Shown: positions 1-13,830, counted from the stretch's first letter. The stretch is DNA of 64,000 nt from Octopus vulgaris (GCA_951406725.2 OX597824.1:37882001-37946000), one strand, 5' to 3'. Numbers and translations: made by a program. The notes: generated by a model not told the origin, from the sequence alone.

Positions 1-729
1 ACGTGAATAAATACACTTCTACTTAACAGACGTTTACTTCGCTTTCCTTTTCCTGAGATATTCTAGCTATTTATCATTAAGGCTAACATAAATTCTTAGG
101 AATGTTTACCGTTTTGTTAACAATGAAACTGATCTTGTCAAGCAATTTAGAAAGCTGACGGATCTAATGACGCAGTAAATAGATTTAGGTTGTTTGATTA
201 GGAGCATCGCTTTGTCACGAACAATTATCAAATAACAAATCTAAACATGAACAATAAATTTTGATTCTGTTTCAGTACAATCACAAACCTGTAAGTCTTT
301 ATAAACCATTCAATGTGTTAGCAACTGCATTTGGCAAAGTAAAATTAGGGTGTCAGAACTAAAGTTTCGTGTTTCAAAGCTAAATAAGAAGTAATTGTTT
401 AAAAAATGATTTGTGAAGACATCAGAAAGTGTAATTTCGTTGATGTGTTCATCGATCAGCCTGTTGAAAACAATGAAATTATCAGAAAATTCAACGCTGA
501 TCTGTATATTCAATGATTTTTTTTTTTTTTTTTTTTCGTATTCTAAGCAAATTTCAGGAAATAAGTGCTGCTCAGTGAGCCTTTCAATCAACGTTAATGA
601 ATACACACAATAACAAACTAAATAATTAATTCCTACTTCCTCATCCTTTTCTTAAAACTTTTGTAAATATCAACGGAAGCAACTAAAAGTGTTGCAACTG
701 CTACAATTAGTGCTGTTATTGCTTCTGTT

Positions 730-785
<56 letters not shown>

Positions 786-1266
786 ACTACTTCTACTACT
801 AAAAACTCAATTTCAAAGAATATTCCTCGCCCCAGGTATATCAGGTGGATATTTATCATTTTCTGAAATTCTGAGTCTTTAAAATTTTTTGAATTTCTTT
901 ATTGCTTTTTCTCTCGTCTGTTGGAAGGAAACGGTTGAATCTATTGTCTTAAGGAATATGCTTACTTTTCCTCCTTGTGTTCATGTCTTTTTTGTTTTGT
1001 CAGTCTTTGGTGGTCGATTTTCAAAACTTGTTTTGCAGTTATAATGGTGACACGGTGTGTGCTGGCTATTGTTGTTTATACTGATGATGATGATTATTAC
1101 TGTTGTTATTGCTGTTGTTTTCTTTTTCTTTCCTTTTTAAAATAATTTTGTTAGTCTCGTTCACACGCAAAACCCTCACAACAACACACGCTCACACACG
1201 TACAAACACATTCTTTGTTTTGACCTGTTCTATCCATAATGTTTCTTGTGGTTAATAAAGAAATCT

Positions 1267-1312
<46 letters not shown>

Positions 1313-1890
1313 CATTATTATTATTATTATTTCCCGTCATGTTTTCTGCTTGTTTGGGATTTATTTTGGATAGAAATGTTTGGCGATTGTCTGCTTTTCT
1401 TTCGTTTATTTCCTCGTTAAGTTGTTGACTGTTAAATGCAGTTATTGTATGGTTCTAGAATGTTATGTTTCAGGTTGTCCCTTTTTATTAGGTTTGCTTT
1501 TTTTTTATTATTAGGTTTTCTGCGTCTTATGCATAACTGCAGTTGTATTGTTTTATGTTGCTTTGTGCGATATTTTTTTATTGCATGTACAATTATTTTA
1601 TTGAAAGCTTTCTCTGCAATTTCTTTGATGACAACAATGAACGTGTAGCAAACAGTTACATGACAGTCATCATATACGGTACATAATTATCTGGATGAAG
1701 TGCTTAGGTAGACTGAATCTGAATTGTCGCACTCGATAACATAAAGATATTTCACACACACACACACACAGAGGCTTAAATACTGCAAGTTATATTTCCT
1801 ACAGTATTTGTAGCACACCTAGACAGCATTGTAAAGTAAACAAAACTATGCATAAGCATGGTTCCTAATGTTAGTGATTGTGGTGTTGTT

Positions 1891-2117
1891 AAATAAGGCG
1901 GCGAGCTGGCAGAACCGTTAGCATGCCGGGCGAAATGCGTAGCCGTATTTCGTCTGCCGTTACGATCTGAGTTCAAATTCCGCCGAGGTCGACTTTGCCT
2001 TTCATCCTTTCGGGGTCGATAAATTAAGTACCAGTTACGCACTGGGATCAATGTAATCGACTTAATCCCTTTGTTTGTCCCCTCTATGTTTAGCCCCTTG
2101 TGGGTAATAAAGAAGCA
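1891..2117 (+). mobile_element. tRNA-derived SINE, family A (AAGGCGGCGAGCTGGCAGAA... head)
   Basis: B-box GAGTTCAAATTCC, then the central GACTTTGCCTTTCATCCTTTCGGGGTCGATAAA domain; 15-bp TSD GATTGTGGTGTTGTT at 1876-1890 and 2118-2132. Other copies near 11318-11710(-, dimer), 16540-16940(+, dimer), 38860-39077(-), 41885-42097(-), 45543-45755(+), 53531-53750(+), 57925-58045(+, partial), 61832-62052(+), 62078-62312(+), 63895-64000(+, partial). Confidence 0.9.
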
Positions 2118-3769
2118 GATTGTGGTGTTGTTGAATTCTGAAAACTTTGATTCACTCTCTTGATGGAACTAGTTTCACCAGAAGTTTTGAACTCAATAAA
2201 AATTATTTCGAATTTACATTAACCTGATCTTTATGTAATTAAAAATTCATCGCAATTATCAGACCCACAATTCTCTACAAAAGCTAAAATGAAGTAGCAT
2301 CAGACAGACTCGTCACCATTCGATGTATACTTTATAATTTTCAGAATGCCATACATTTCACCTTCCTCATTACACAAATCCAGGCTGCTGCCGTCGACCA
2401 TCAGACAACTCTCAAAGCTTACACAAGTACATGATAGCTTATTAGCAAAATTACCGCCAACCAGCATCTTTCTGAGAAGTATCAACATCGCAAAGCTTTC
2501 AACCAAATTGTTCACTATCTCATTATTTACGAAATATTCAACATTTTCTTATGAACAAAACATTGACAAACCAACAAAGGAAACCTCCTTACAGTTCTTT
2601 GACAGCGGCCAAACCACCTTAAAAAGAAGATGAGCTGGACGTCGCTGGACAATAGATTTGTGACAGGGAAATATTTTTTCCTTATGCAGACACCATCAGA
2701 AAGTTAAAAAGCAACAACCAAACGCAAAAAACACTCTAAATAATTCTAAAAATAAGTTTTGCAATCTACTTGCGCAAATACAAATATCACCATTCACAAA
2801 AACTTCGGATAAATTCCTAGCGTTACAGAAACAAAAACAATAAGAACCACAACAAAAATCCAAAAAGCCATAGAACTCTCTCTTCCTTTCCTTCTCTCTC
2901 TCTCTCTTCCTCTCCTTCTCTCTCTCTCTTCCCCTCTCTTTCACATATACACATACACACATACGCACAACTTCTTTATGCAAACCTGTTATTCCCTTCT
3001 TCCCAAGCATTATATCTATGTACAGAATGTATTAAAAACACCAACACTTCACACAAAACAATAATCCTTGACAAAAAGAACACAAAACAATAATAAAGCA
3101 ATAGATAATACAGTAATAGCATAAAAGTCATTTTATGAGGCTAAAATTTTCTTTAAACGACGGTGCAATCAACGAGGGAAAATTGCCACAACTACAATAT
3201 AGGAGATAATGTATCTCTATTTACACTGCAATCAGTTGGACATGTTATATAGCAACACAGGTGAAGTTTCATAAGCTACATAAAGTCATTTATCTCGTAT
3301 ATAAATATCACAAACATTATTCTTCAACTAATAAAAGACGCCATCAGACATCGGAAATAAGAAAAAAAAATAGCTAGCAACACGAAACATACAAAGAATT
3401 GGTTACTAAGTGTTCTTCAACAAATTTAGTAGAATTGTGATTTCAGTGACCATGTTACAGAATTACGATGGAGATATTTTTTGTCTCCTCTTCATAATAA
3501 ACGATACGATTCAGAAATACACAAAAGGAGATGCAACAGGCTTTGTATGTTTTTTAATGGTTAATACTCTAGCTCTTCCGTGATATAATTGTTACATATA
3601 TGCACAAAGATATCCACGTATTTATATCAATATTGTCAAACACCAAACTACGTGCTTTATATATACATTTTTAACCATAATTTTTGATTTGTATGGGCTC
3701 TTGACCCCCTTTTCAACTATATGTGTGTGTGTGTACACACACACATATATATGTATGTATACATATATG

Positions 3770-3833
<64 letters not shown>

Positions 3834-4208
3834 TATATATATATGAGGAAAGTAAGAAGAAAAATAAGCGAAAATGCACATTGGAAATCAAAAAAAGTAG
3901 CGATAGATATATACAATTAGATGAACTGAGGTAGGAATAAAAGTAATAAAAATCATTATTGTGAATTGTTAAAGAGATTCAAAAGCATACCGGTTTCGTG
4001 AATTTACTGCTCATTGCTTTGAATGCACACCGATTAATGAACGATGTCAAGTCTACTAGTTCCTGAGTATAACGATTATGTGTAAGGGAGGCAAGTAGTT
4101 CTGGATTTGGTGCAATTAGGGTAGATATAGATCTGTAATATGAATGGTGTATGGGATGTATGGGGGTTAGTGGTATTAATTGAAAGATTTGTAGTGTTAT
4201 GTATTATG

Positions 4209-5690
4209 TTATGTGTTCATATTGAATTGTGGAAAATATTTATTGATGAAAGTTGCCTCTTTATTCATTCTTTGTTGTACTGAGGTGTTCTGTGAACATT
4301 GATGGAAGGGGAAAATTAGGAAATTAGGATTAAGATTCCTAGCACACCTTTCCATGTGCTCACTAACCTGTATCTGTCTGTATTGTGGGTAGCGGCATTG
4401 TTCTTTGTGGAGAGTGGTTCTTCGACGGAGTTATATTCCTGTTTGGCCAATATAATTATGACCACACCCTAAGCATGTAATGGCATAGATAAGAATTTTC
4501 GAGGAACTTTGTTCATTGTTTTATCTCCTGTGAGGATGGGAAGATTTTGGATGATAATGTTAAAAGTTTCGTCGTTTCTAGGGTTATGTGTGGATATGTA
4601 TGGGAGTATTTTTAAGTCTGGTTTAGTATTTCGGTTGACTTCCCTTAATGTTCGTATATCTATTTCCATTGCTCGTTTAATGCCATCATTTATTAATGGT
4701 ATTGAGTAATGTCTTTTGATTAGTATTGATCTGAATTCAAGGAGTCTTCGTTTACGAGTATAGGTGTCCGAAATTTTGGTACAGAGTCTTTTCGCTAGAT
4801 TATAAGGAATATTAATTTTTATGTGTTTGGGGTGACATGAGTTGAATAATAGGTATTGTTTAGAATCTGTGGGTTTATAGATGTCTGTTTCGATGTGGTT
4901 ATTGACTATTTTGATTAGGATGTCAAGAAAAGGGAATTGTTTACTGCTGTGCTCCATGGTGAATTATATGTTGCTATTAATATTGTTGAGCATTATTTTG
5001 AAATCGAGAAGTTTGTCCATGCTGTCTTTCCAAAGTATAAAGCAATCGTCTAAATACCTCTTCCAATTCTCCTTTAAATAGCAATGAAATGAGGTGCTAT
5101 ATTTTTGTAGTGATGATTGATATATTTTAAGCTCTAGGTAACCCATTACAAGGTTCGCAATCACTGGAGCAGCTCGGGTTCCTATTGCAATTCCACATTT
5201 TTGTCGATAGTAAACTGTATCGAACATGGAATAGTTGTTCAGCTGGATAAATTTGAGTGCTTCGATTATGAATTTGTGGTTAATGCGTCCTGGGATCTCT
5301 TCTGGGTATTTTTCTAGCCAGAAGGTGATCGCTTCTATACCATAATCGTGTGGGATATTGGTGCACAAATTCACCACACCGAATGATACTAACAGTGTTC
5401 CTTCATTTATTGTCTTCGGGAGGTGGTTCAACATGTCTAAGTCATCGCTGATGAAGCTTTTCACATATTTTAGAAACGGTTTGACTAAGATGTCGAGCAA
5501 GTTGCTCAAACGCTGAGTTTCACAAGCAGGGCCAGCAATAATGGGTCTCATTTTGAGGTCAGTAGGAGGAGGAATATTAATGCACAGGCTTGGAGAAACT
5601 TTGCAAGCTTTACAAATATGTAGATTTTTGTGTATTTTAGGTAATCCGTAGAATAGACTATGTCTGTATTTAAAATTGGATAAGAATGGA
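4209..5690 (-). mobile_element. Penelope-like retroelement, 5'-truncated and decayed (reverse transcriptase + GIY-YIG endonuclease)
   Basis: FYGLPKIHK...MRPII, GIAIGTRAAPVIANLVM and YLDD RT motifs; thumb FLDILI..YKPTDSKQYL..SCHP; then IYAITCLGCGHNYIGQT (GIY-YIG, about 4440-4490) running to a stop at 4209. Frameshifts, an in-frame stop and an apparently shortened RT-EN linker. Confidence 0.93.
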
Positions 5691-6998
5691 TGAAATTATA
5701 AATTAGTTTTAGACTTAAGAAAAAATAAAGTTATAGAGAATTACGTTCAATAAAACAGACAGTAGATGCCGGGGGGGGACACATTAAATTCTGTTATATC
5801 CCTCCACCCTCTCCCATATATATATATATATACTCACGTATACATACACACATATATACATACATATACGTATATATATAGTTACAGATATATAGAGAGA
5901 TACATAATACACACACATCTATGCACACACACACAAATACACACACGCACACACCTACATACATGCATTCACACTCACAGACACATACTCACACATAAAC
6001 GTATATGTATACATCGGCATAGCTAAAATAGTAAATTTTGCACAGGTTATTTTAGAACGAAATTAAGAACAGAAAAAACTAAATATATAAAGGAAATAGA
6101 CTGTGGTTAAAGAAGAGAAATGTAAAAAGTAAGTTACTAGAGAGGTAGAGAGAGAGGGAGAGGTATTAGAGCTGGAGTGAGAGAGAATGAGAAAAAGAAA
6201 GAAGTTTATAGAAAAAAAAGGAGTGATTTAGAGAACAGTAGAAGGATAATATTATTCAATGGCCGTCAATGAATTGATCATTAAACCAAATAAAAGAAAA
6301 AAGTAATAAGAGAATCGAATAGCAAATATAAACACTAAAAATATTAAAATTGATAGACTTAATATTAAATATTTAATATTTAACATTTAATATTTACTCT
6401 CCAATAATAAGTGATTTAATAGGAGAACAAATTACAATAAAGAACTGTATATTCAGTGATTAGATGGGGAAGATGCAGTTATTATGAATATAGCCAATAC
6501 TTGAAACACAGTTAAAATTATTAAATTAAACAACAGAGTCCGTCGTCATATATGACCTATAATAAGCCTGGGAATTTAGATTATTAATTGTTACAACAGT
6601 AATAATGGTTTACGTTACCAAAACTATTAAATGAGAGACACAAAATGAATTATTAGATATAAATATTTTATGACGTAAGATTTAAAATAAGAGCATAGTA
6701 ATTAGAAATGTTTCAGATAACAGGCTTAAAATACAAAATGGTATTCCTTATGGAATGCGGGCATTCAATCTTAAGACCATCTGATATCTGATTTGTTAAT
6801 AACTTCATCTTGCCATCTTAGGATTTTCGACAATTCCATTCCATGTAACAGAGGTCGCAACCATATCTGTCGCTTACGTATGCATACATACATACATACA
6901 TACATACATACATACATACATACATACATACAAACATGCATACATACATATATATATATATATATATCTTTCTCCCTCTCATTCTCTCTCTTTTCTCT

Positions 6999-7067
<69 letters not shown>

Positions 7068-7608
7068 GCACAGACATGTATGGAATTGCGCAACCTCTTC
7101 AATTTACCTCGTCAGTATTTTTCCCAAAAGACCGACGAGATATATCGATAAGATTGCGCAATGTTTGCCAGCAAGTTTATGTACTCTTGCCAGTTGATTT
7201 ACCGAAAGAAGTGTATGCATTATAAAGCTTAAAACGCTGAGTAAGTTTACAGTATTTTTTATTAATACTATTACGTAATTTGTATACCGCACACTAACCT
7301 ATCTTGCGCTTTGGTGTCCTTCGTCTAACGGCAATCTATACAGTAGAGTGTAGAACTTACTACTGAGTCCTCACTTTTGGTTATGTGACGCATTTTGCTC
7401 TGCATATATATTCATGTATATACATATGTGTGTGCGCGAATGTGTGTTTTTGCGTGTAACTATGTATATATATATATGTATATGTATACATGTTTTTTTC
7501 TTGTTTTAGTCTAATGACCACGCTGGAGCACCGCCTTGAAGCATTTTGCTCGATTAAAATGCTTCAAGGCGGTACCCCAGCATGTTCATTAGACTAAAAC
7601 AAGACTAA

Positions 7609-7679
<71 letters not shown>

Positions 7680-8712
7680 CAGGGTGCCCATAAAGTCTTT
7701 TACAATTTAAAAAATTTATTACAAACGCAATTGATAAGATATCTTAATCATACTTGTTCTATTGTACTCAGTGGTTTTCAAAGTTTTTAATCACATTGCA
7801 ATTTTGTGTTTCAAGCCTCCTGCACATTAAAGGCATTTTTTATGAACCCCTAAGAAATGGCTACACCTCAAGAGATAGCACATGTGAGTCATGGTTTACC
7901 GAGACAAAATCGGATACGCAGACTCGACGAAACTACAGAACAAAGTATGGAAAACATCCTCCCTCACGTTAATTCGCGCATGGCAGAAGAAATTTATGGA
8001 GACAAGGACAGTGTTAGATAGAAAGAGGAGTGGGCGATCAAGAACATCTGAGGAAAACATTGATCGTGTAAGAGAAACCTTTTCTCGTTCTCCCACAAAG
8101 TCAATCCGTGCTGCTGCCAGACAGCTAGAGCTACCACGTTCAACAGTACACAAAGCCCTACACAAAAACCTGCGATTGTACGCTTTACAAAGTGCAACTC
8201 CTACAGACAATCGAGCCAAGTGATAAACCAAGCCGAAAAGAGTCTGCAGTTCACATGCTGCAACTAATTTCTGAAGATGAAACATTCCTCAGGAGAGTTT
8301 GTTTTAGTGATGAGGCAACCTTTCATGTTTCAAGGAAACTGAACAAACACAATGTGAGAATATTGAGATCAGAACACCTCCGCGTGACTTGAGCAGTTCA
8401 GCGATATAGTCCCAAAGTGAATGTCTGGTGTGGGATTATGTGCAATCGAGTTATTGGTCCATTTTCCTTAAACGAGAGGTCAATTACTGCAAATGTCTAC
8501 GTTGACGTTTTGACTGACTATGTGGCACCACAACTCCAGGACCTTCAACCGACCATCATTTTCTAACAAGATGGTGCCCCACCACAATGGGCACTGCATG
8601 TTCGTGAGTTCCTCAATCAAGCATTTCCAGACCATTGGATTGGAAGGGATGGACCAATTCTGTGGCCACCACGTTCACCAGATATCGCTCCACTGGATTA
8701 CTTTCTATGGGG

Positions 8713-8714
<2 letters not shown>
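7680..8714 (+). mobile_element. Tc1/mariner superfamily, rosa (DD41D) transposase fossil, 3'-truncated
   Basis: Begins TA|CAGGGTG; HTH region RSGRSRTSEENIDRVR; FSDEATFH; QDGAPP...WPPRSPDIAPLDY with 41 residues between the 2nd and 3rd D; frameshifts and stops; ends at a (TA)n tract. Confidence 0.88.
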
Positions 8715-8754
<40 letters not shown>

Positions 8755-8759
8755 GAAGT

Positions 8760-8810
8760 TTTGTCAGTGAACAGGTCGCGGTCTCAAAGCGACGAAAATA
8801 TTTTGACAAA
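8760..8810 (+). ncRNA. Type I hammerhead ribozyme-like motif, G3:C8 core variant
   Basis: TTTGTCA (I) GTGAACA-G, GTCGC/GCGAC (II), GAAA, palindromic ATAT (III), TT, TGACAAA (I'). Lies in a ~195-bp element between (TA)n tracts. Confidence 0.7.
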
Positions 8811-8946
8811 TTAAATTTAAATGTTGAAGTGAATCTAACGGTTTTTGTGTTTCTTAAATGGCTTATAAACACCCTCCACGCTGCAATTGTTTTCATTCCA
8901 GCACACGATCTCAGATCAGGTCACTTGCTATGCAAGTATATCTCCG

Positions 8947-9041
<95 letters not shown>

Positions 9042-9195
9042 CGACGGGCTTCTTTTTCAGTTTCTGTCAACGAACTCCACTCACAAGGCTTTGGTCGACC
9101 CGAGACTATTGTGGAAGACACCTAAGGTGCCACGCAGTGGGAGTGAATCTAGAATCATGTGGTTGGGAAGCAAACTTCTTACCACAAAGCATATA

Positions 9196-9240
<45 letters not shown>

Positions 9241-9353
9241 CAAAATTACAGAAAACAGAAACCGAAGACAGTTGTAGGATCAACCACCAGGTGTATATAT
9301 ATATGTATATGCATACGTACATATGCACATACCTATACACATATATATGCATG

Positions 9354-9409
<56 letters not shown>

Positions 9410-9411
9410 TG

Positions 9412-9498
<87 letters not shown>

Positions 9499-9529
9499 GC
9501 AGATATCTATACAATACACATAAGGATTG

Positions 9530-10360
9530 TTCCAAACGTAATGCAAAAGTGAGCATAACTTTCCATTAACTGCTGACAGAGGTCGTTTAAATTGCTCATG
9601 TTGTTAGTTTAACTCTTCCACTATTCAAACTCTTCTTTTGTTCAACGTATTCTCCATAACAAGTGGTGCATTTGCATTATCCTTACAAAATAGAATTCTT
9701 GTGTGCACCTTTGTACCCACTTCTTGGCAGCCACTTTCACCTCGCTTGTATTATCGTATCTTTGTCCCCAAAGACTGTCATTCATTGGACTAAATAGATG
9801 AATATTGAAGGGCGCCAGATCTGGGTTGTACAGTATATAAGAGACTACAGACAAGCCCAATTTGCCAATTGCTTGATTTGTTGCGAAAGATGTGTGTGAT
9901 CGCAAATTTTCATGGTGAATGTGAATCCTCTGCTGAATTTTGTTAATTAATATTAATTGCATGAATTTTTCTCCTGAGACAACTTTTGTAGCGAAAGTCT
10001 TTCCACGTTTAAGAATACACGGACGTGTTAAATGTAATTGTGTTCACATATATTTCATTCCACGCTGCTACTTCTTGCAACTCTTGTTAATTAATTACAG
10101 CTTGAAAAAAAAAATATTATGAGCATCAGCAAATTTACTATTTGCGACTGAAATACAAGAATGGCAGTTTTTAGTGGGCTACGAACGACAGACAAATACG
10201 ATGTCTGTCGCTGATGAAGTGTAACGATAGATGTAATCTTACATAAGCCACGGGTCGTGTTTAGACACATTTTCTCTAAATAGTGAATTTCTCTCCAAAA
10301 CATTTTCAGCAGCGAAGGTCTTTCCACATCCGAGTGCACATAAATATTTTAAATATACAC
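9530..10360 (-). mobile_element. Old mariner transposase fossil
   Basis: YNPDLAPFNIHLFSPMNDSLWGQRY...EVKVAAKKW resembles mariner YSPDLAPSDYHLF...; heavily decayed; boundaries approximate. Confidence 0.7.
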
Positions 10361-10480
10361 CTGTATATGCATGTCTGTACTCATGTACGTATGTACGTAT
10401 ATAAGTATATAAATATATATATATACGTTTAAATATTTGTTGTGCAAGATTTTTTTATGTGAAGTCGTGTGTTGAAACAG

Positions 10481-10780
10481 ATATTGTTATATTTCGGAAT
10501 GGTCATATTGCCAGTTTAGCCAATAAAAACACACGCAAATGAAGACATACAATAGAAATACAAAATGGTTGACGGTTAGTAAGGAGAGACACAAATAAGA
10601 AAGAAGAAAACAAAGGACCACTGATGCGGTCACAGGAGTGTGACGAAAGAACTCTGGCCGAAATAAGATTAAGATTAATGTAAAAAATAAATATCACTGA
10701 AGCAAAATAACACCAAATATATAGTGCGTGTGTTTTTATTGGCTAAACTGGCAATATGACCATTCCGAAATATAACAATA
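10481..10780. repeat. ~56-bp inverted repeat enclosing a hammerhead-like motif (10615-10659, +)
   Basis: ATATTGTTATATTTCGGAATGGTCATATTGCCAGTTTAGCCAATAAAAACACACGCA (10481-10537) is reverse-complemented at about 10725-10781. Inside: CCA CTGATGC-G GTCACA ggag TGTGAC GAAA gaac TC TGG. Confidence 0.8.
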
Positions 10781-11275
10781 TATATATATATATATATAAT
10801 TTTAAACATTTATATATTACATATACTTATACACACACATGTTGTTGAGTTACCAATATATTTTATGATCTCTTAATCCTACGTTTTAAATCGGTCTTAT
10901 ATATCGTTTATTATAATGTCAAGTTTTTCTCTATATATGAACGACTAGATTTATGTTGCATACATTTATTCTCGAATGTATTTTATTCAGTAACCTTTCA
11001 TTTGGTCTCTAATGCTGATTCATTAGATTGCAATTGTAAAGTATGTGTATTTTATTGCTATTCCGCTTTTAATTTATTCTTAATTTTCTTGTTGTGTCCC
11101 CATTAACATTTCATTATCAGAAATATCATAATGTTACCCAATCGATTTGGTAAATCACGATACTGTTCCAAACAAATAATTCCTTATTTTTATTGCATGA
11201 ATTCGATTACACTTTAAAAGCGACTATAAACGTCTTTTAGAGCGCATCCAGTCCACCATGAAATGCTCCCTACAC

Positions 11276-11320
<45 letters not shown>

Positions 11321-12380
11321 GGGGACAAACAAGGACAGACAAAAGAATTAAGTCGATTAGATCGACCCCAGTGCGAAACTGGTACTTTATTTAACGACCC
11401 CGAAAGGATGAAAGGCAAAGTCGACCTCGGCGGAATTTGAACTCAGAACGTAACGACAGACGAAATACCTATTTCCTATTTCTTTACTACCCTCAAGGGG
11501 CTAAACATACAGGGGACAAACAAGGACAGACAAACGGATTAAGTCGATTATATCGACCCCAGTGTGTAACTGGTACTTATTTAATCGACCCCGAAAGGAT
11601 GAAAGGCAAAGTCGACCTCGGCGGAATTTGAACTCAGAACGTAGCGGCAGAAGAAATACCGCTAAGTATTTCTCCCGGTGTGCTAACGTTTCTGCCAGCT
11701 TGCCGCCTTGAGAATGGTTGTATAGCGGGGTTTTGATTACTGTTAGTGTAATGCTACTTTTATATGTTTCCTATTTGGAAATAGATAAATATATTTTACT
11801 TTTAATGTATGGATATATATTGATAAACCCGTCACTTATAGCTCAACTTGACTTTAAAGGATTGAAATCACATAAAAATATTCTTTAACTAATTTTCAGA
11901 ATTCCTATATGAGCAGTTATTTCAACCAATGGGAAAACGACAGTCATATTTCTTCGGCAATACGGATATTACGTCATATTTGAAATGGCTGCACGCTACA
12001 GTTGGATAAATCAGGAAATATTAATCTAAATACACTACCCATTATTTTTATAAGTTCTTTAGCTCAAGAAACTTATTTTGGTAAAATATTAAATTAGAAA
12101 TATTAAGCTACTCTAAACAAATTCCTTTTCAACTCACTACTTCATCGTTTATATCGATTTCATTTTCGTTGGCGCCCTCCATTTTCCCCTTTATTTATTT
12201 ATTTATTTTTTCCTCGCTGTTTTCTATATTTGGTTCAATTAAGCAATCTGCCTGCTTTCGTCGGGTTTATGAATCATATTAAGACTTCAACAAACGGGGA
12301 AAATTTTGTTGTTGCTGTTATTGTTGTTATTGTTGCAGTTGTCGTTATCCTTGTCATCGTCGTCGTTGTTGTTGCTGTTG

Positions 12381-12470
12381 TCTTCTTCTTCTTCTTCTTC
12401 TTCTTCTTCTTCTTCTTCTTCTTCTTCTTCTTCTTCTTCTTCTTCTTCTTCTTCTTCTTCTTCTTCTTCT
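12381..12470. repeat. (TTC)n microsatellite, representative of many (TA)n, (CA)n, (GA)n, (CATA)n and (GATA)n tracts throughout the window
   Basis: Read directly from the sequence; these tracts generate most of the low-complexity ORFs in the track. Confidence 0.97.
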
Positions 12471-13795
12471 AATCAGGACTCACGCCATTAGCCACAAAGA
12501 ATAATCTCTAATTCGAGCCTACTCTAAGCTACTAAGAATGCGTGTGGAAACTTGAAGATCCACCCACCACACGCGATAGAATGGCGATTGCGCGGGCGCA
12601 AAAGCTACGTTGTTATCCTCATTCCGTAAACGGCGACTTTCAACAAGTGGAGAACTGAACCCTCCTGGGGTACAGAGGATTCGCAATCTAGACTAGAGTC
12701 TAAAAGTTTACCACACCATAGCGGGTTACACCATGGTTCCTCTGCTTTGTGGCAGAAGTAGGAAGAAAGAGTGAGAGAAAGTTGTGGTGAAAGAGTACAG
12801 CAGGCTTCACCACCACCACCCGCCGGAGCCTCGTGAAGCTTAGGTGTTTTTGCTTAATAAACACTCACAATGCCCGGTCTTGGAATCGAAACCGCGCTCT
12901 TACGACCGCGAGTCCGCTGCCCTAACCATTGGGCCATTACGCCTTCACGTGTTGCTGTTGTTGTTATCCTAGCTGTTATTGTTGTTATCGTTGCAGTTGC
13001 CTTTACTGCCGATGCACTTGTCGTTGAGTGGACAAACATCAATTCTCGAACCAGACCACAATGGCATAAATGTGGTCAATGGTATGTTTTGTCATTGCTG
13101 TGGTTCTTGTTGAGTATAAATGGTGGTGGTGGTGGTGGTGGTGGTGGTGGTGATGATGTCGGCAACGGTGGTGGTGGTGGTCGTCGTCGTCGTTGTGGAG
13201 ATGATAATGGTGACAGTACCGATCATAAAACAATATCTCCTTCATTTGATCGAATAACCGATTATGTGAAACTCCAGATCAGTCTCCAGATTTTGCATGT
13301 AAAACACGCTGCCATAACACGTGACAACTTGGTTTAAATTAGACTTCTCTAATCTTTCCTTTTCTGTCCGTAATCATCTCATATTCGTGACAACCTAAAA
13401 TACGTACTCTACATTTTAAAAGCTGAAGAAGTTGGAAAATTCCGTTGATACCGCAAAGAAAATGGTATATTTGGCTGTGAAATAGAAATATGATGCTTGT
13501 GGTCGATTCTAGTCGATTTTATCGATGGTTCATTTTAGAAATTTTAAATGCGACTAGATGTTTCTGTATTTCATTCGAATTTCAACAAGATTAGAACATG
13601 TAATGTCCTACACAAGTCTATCCAACAATAACGCCTTCCCAAGAGAAAGTAAAGATTCATTTCGTAAAAAAATAAGTCTTCAATGTATGGCTAAGAACGT
13701 GACCAATGATAAAAGAGCCAGAAACTTGATGCCATCAAAAAGCAGCCATTAACGATCAAATCAGATAAACAAGCTACATCCTCAAATAAAACCAT

Positions 13796-13830
<35 letters not shown>

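Noticed and set aside
1685-1750. Possible hammerhead (TATCT GGATGA AGTGC...GCACT CGATAA...AGATA)
   Set aside because: Both halves of the core deviate from consensus, so it is too weak to call.
1-3600. Unique-looking AT-rich stretch with ORFs 310-606 and 2346-2633
   Set aside because: No recognisable motifs or coherent splice structure; possibly old TE debris, but I cannot assign it.
3622-3934. Many ORFs rich in YI/YV/HT/CV/LS repeats here and throughout (e.g. 15138-15613, 18759-19736, 28535-29083)
   Set aside because: They are translations of (TA)n, (CATA)n, (CA)n, (GA)n and (GATA)n microsatellites, not genes.
12870-13337. 155-aa ORF with hydrophobic and poly-Gly segments
   Set aside because: Composed of an antisense SINE head plus (GTT)n/(GGT)n triplet repeats.
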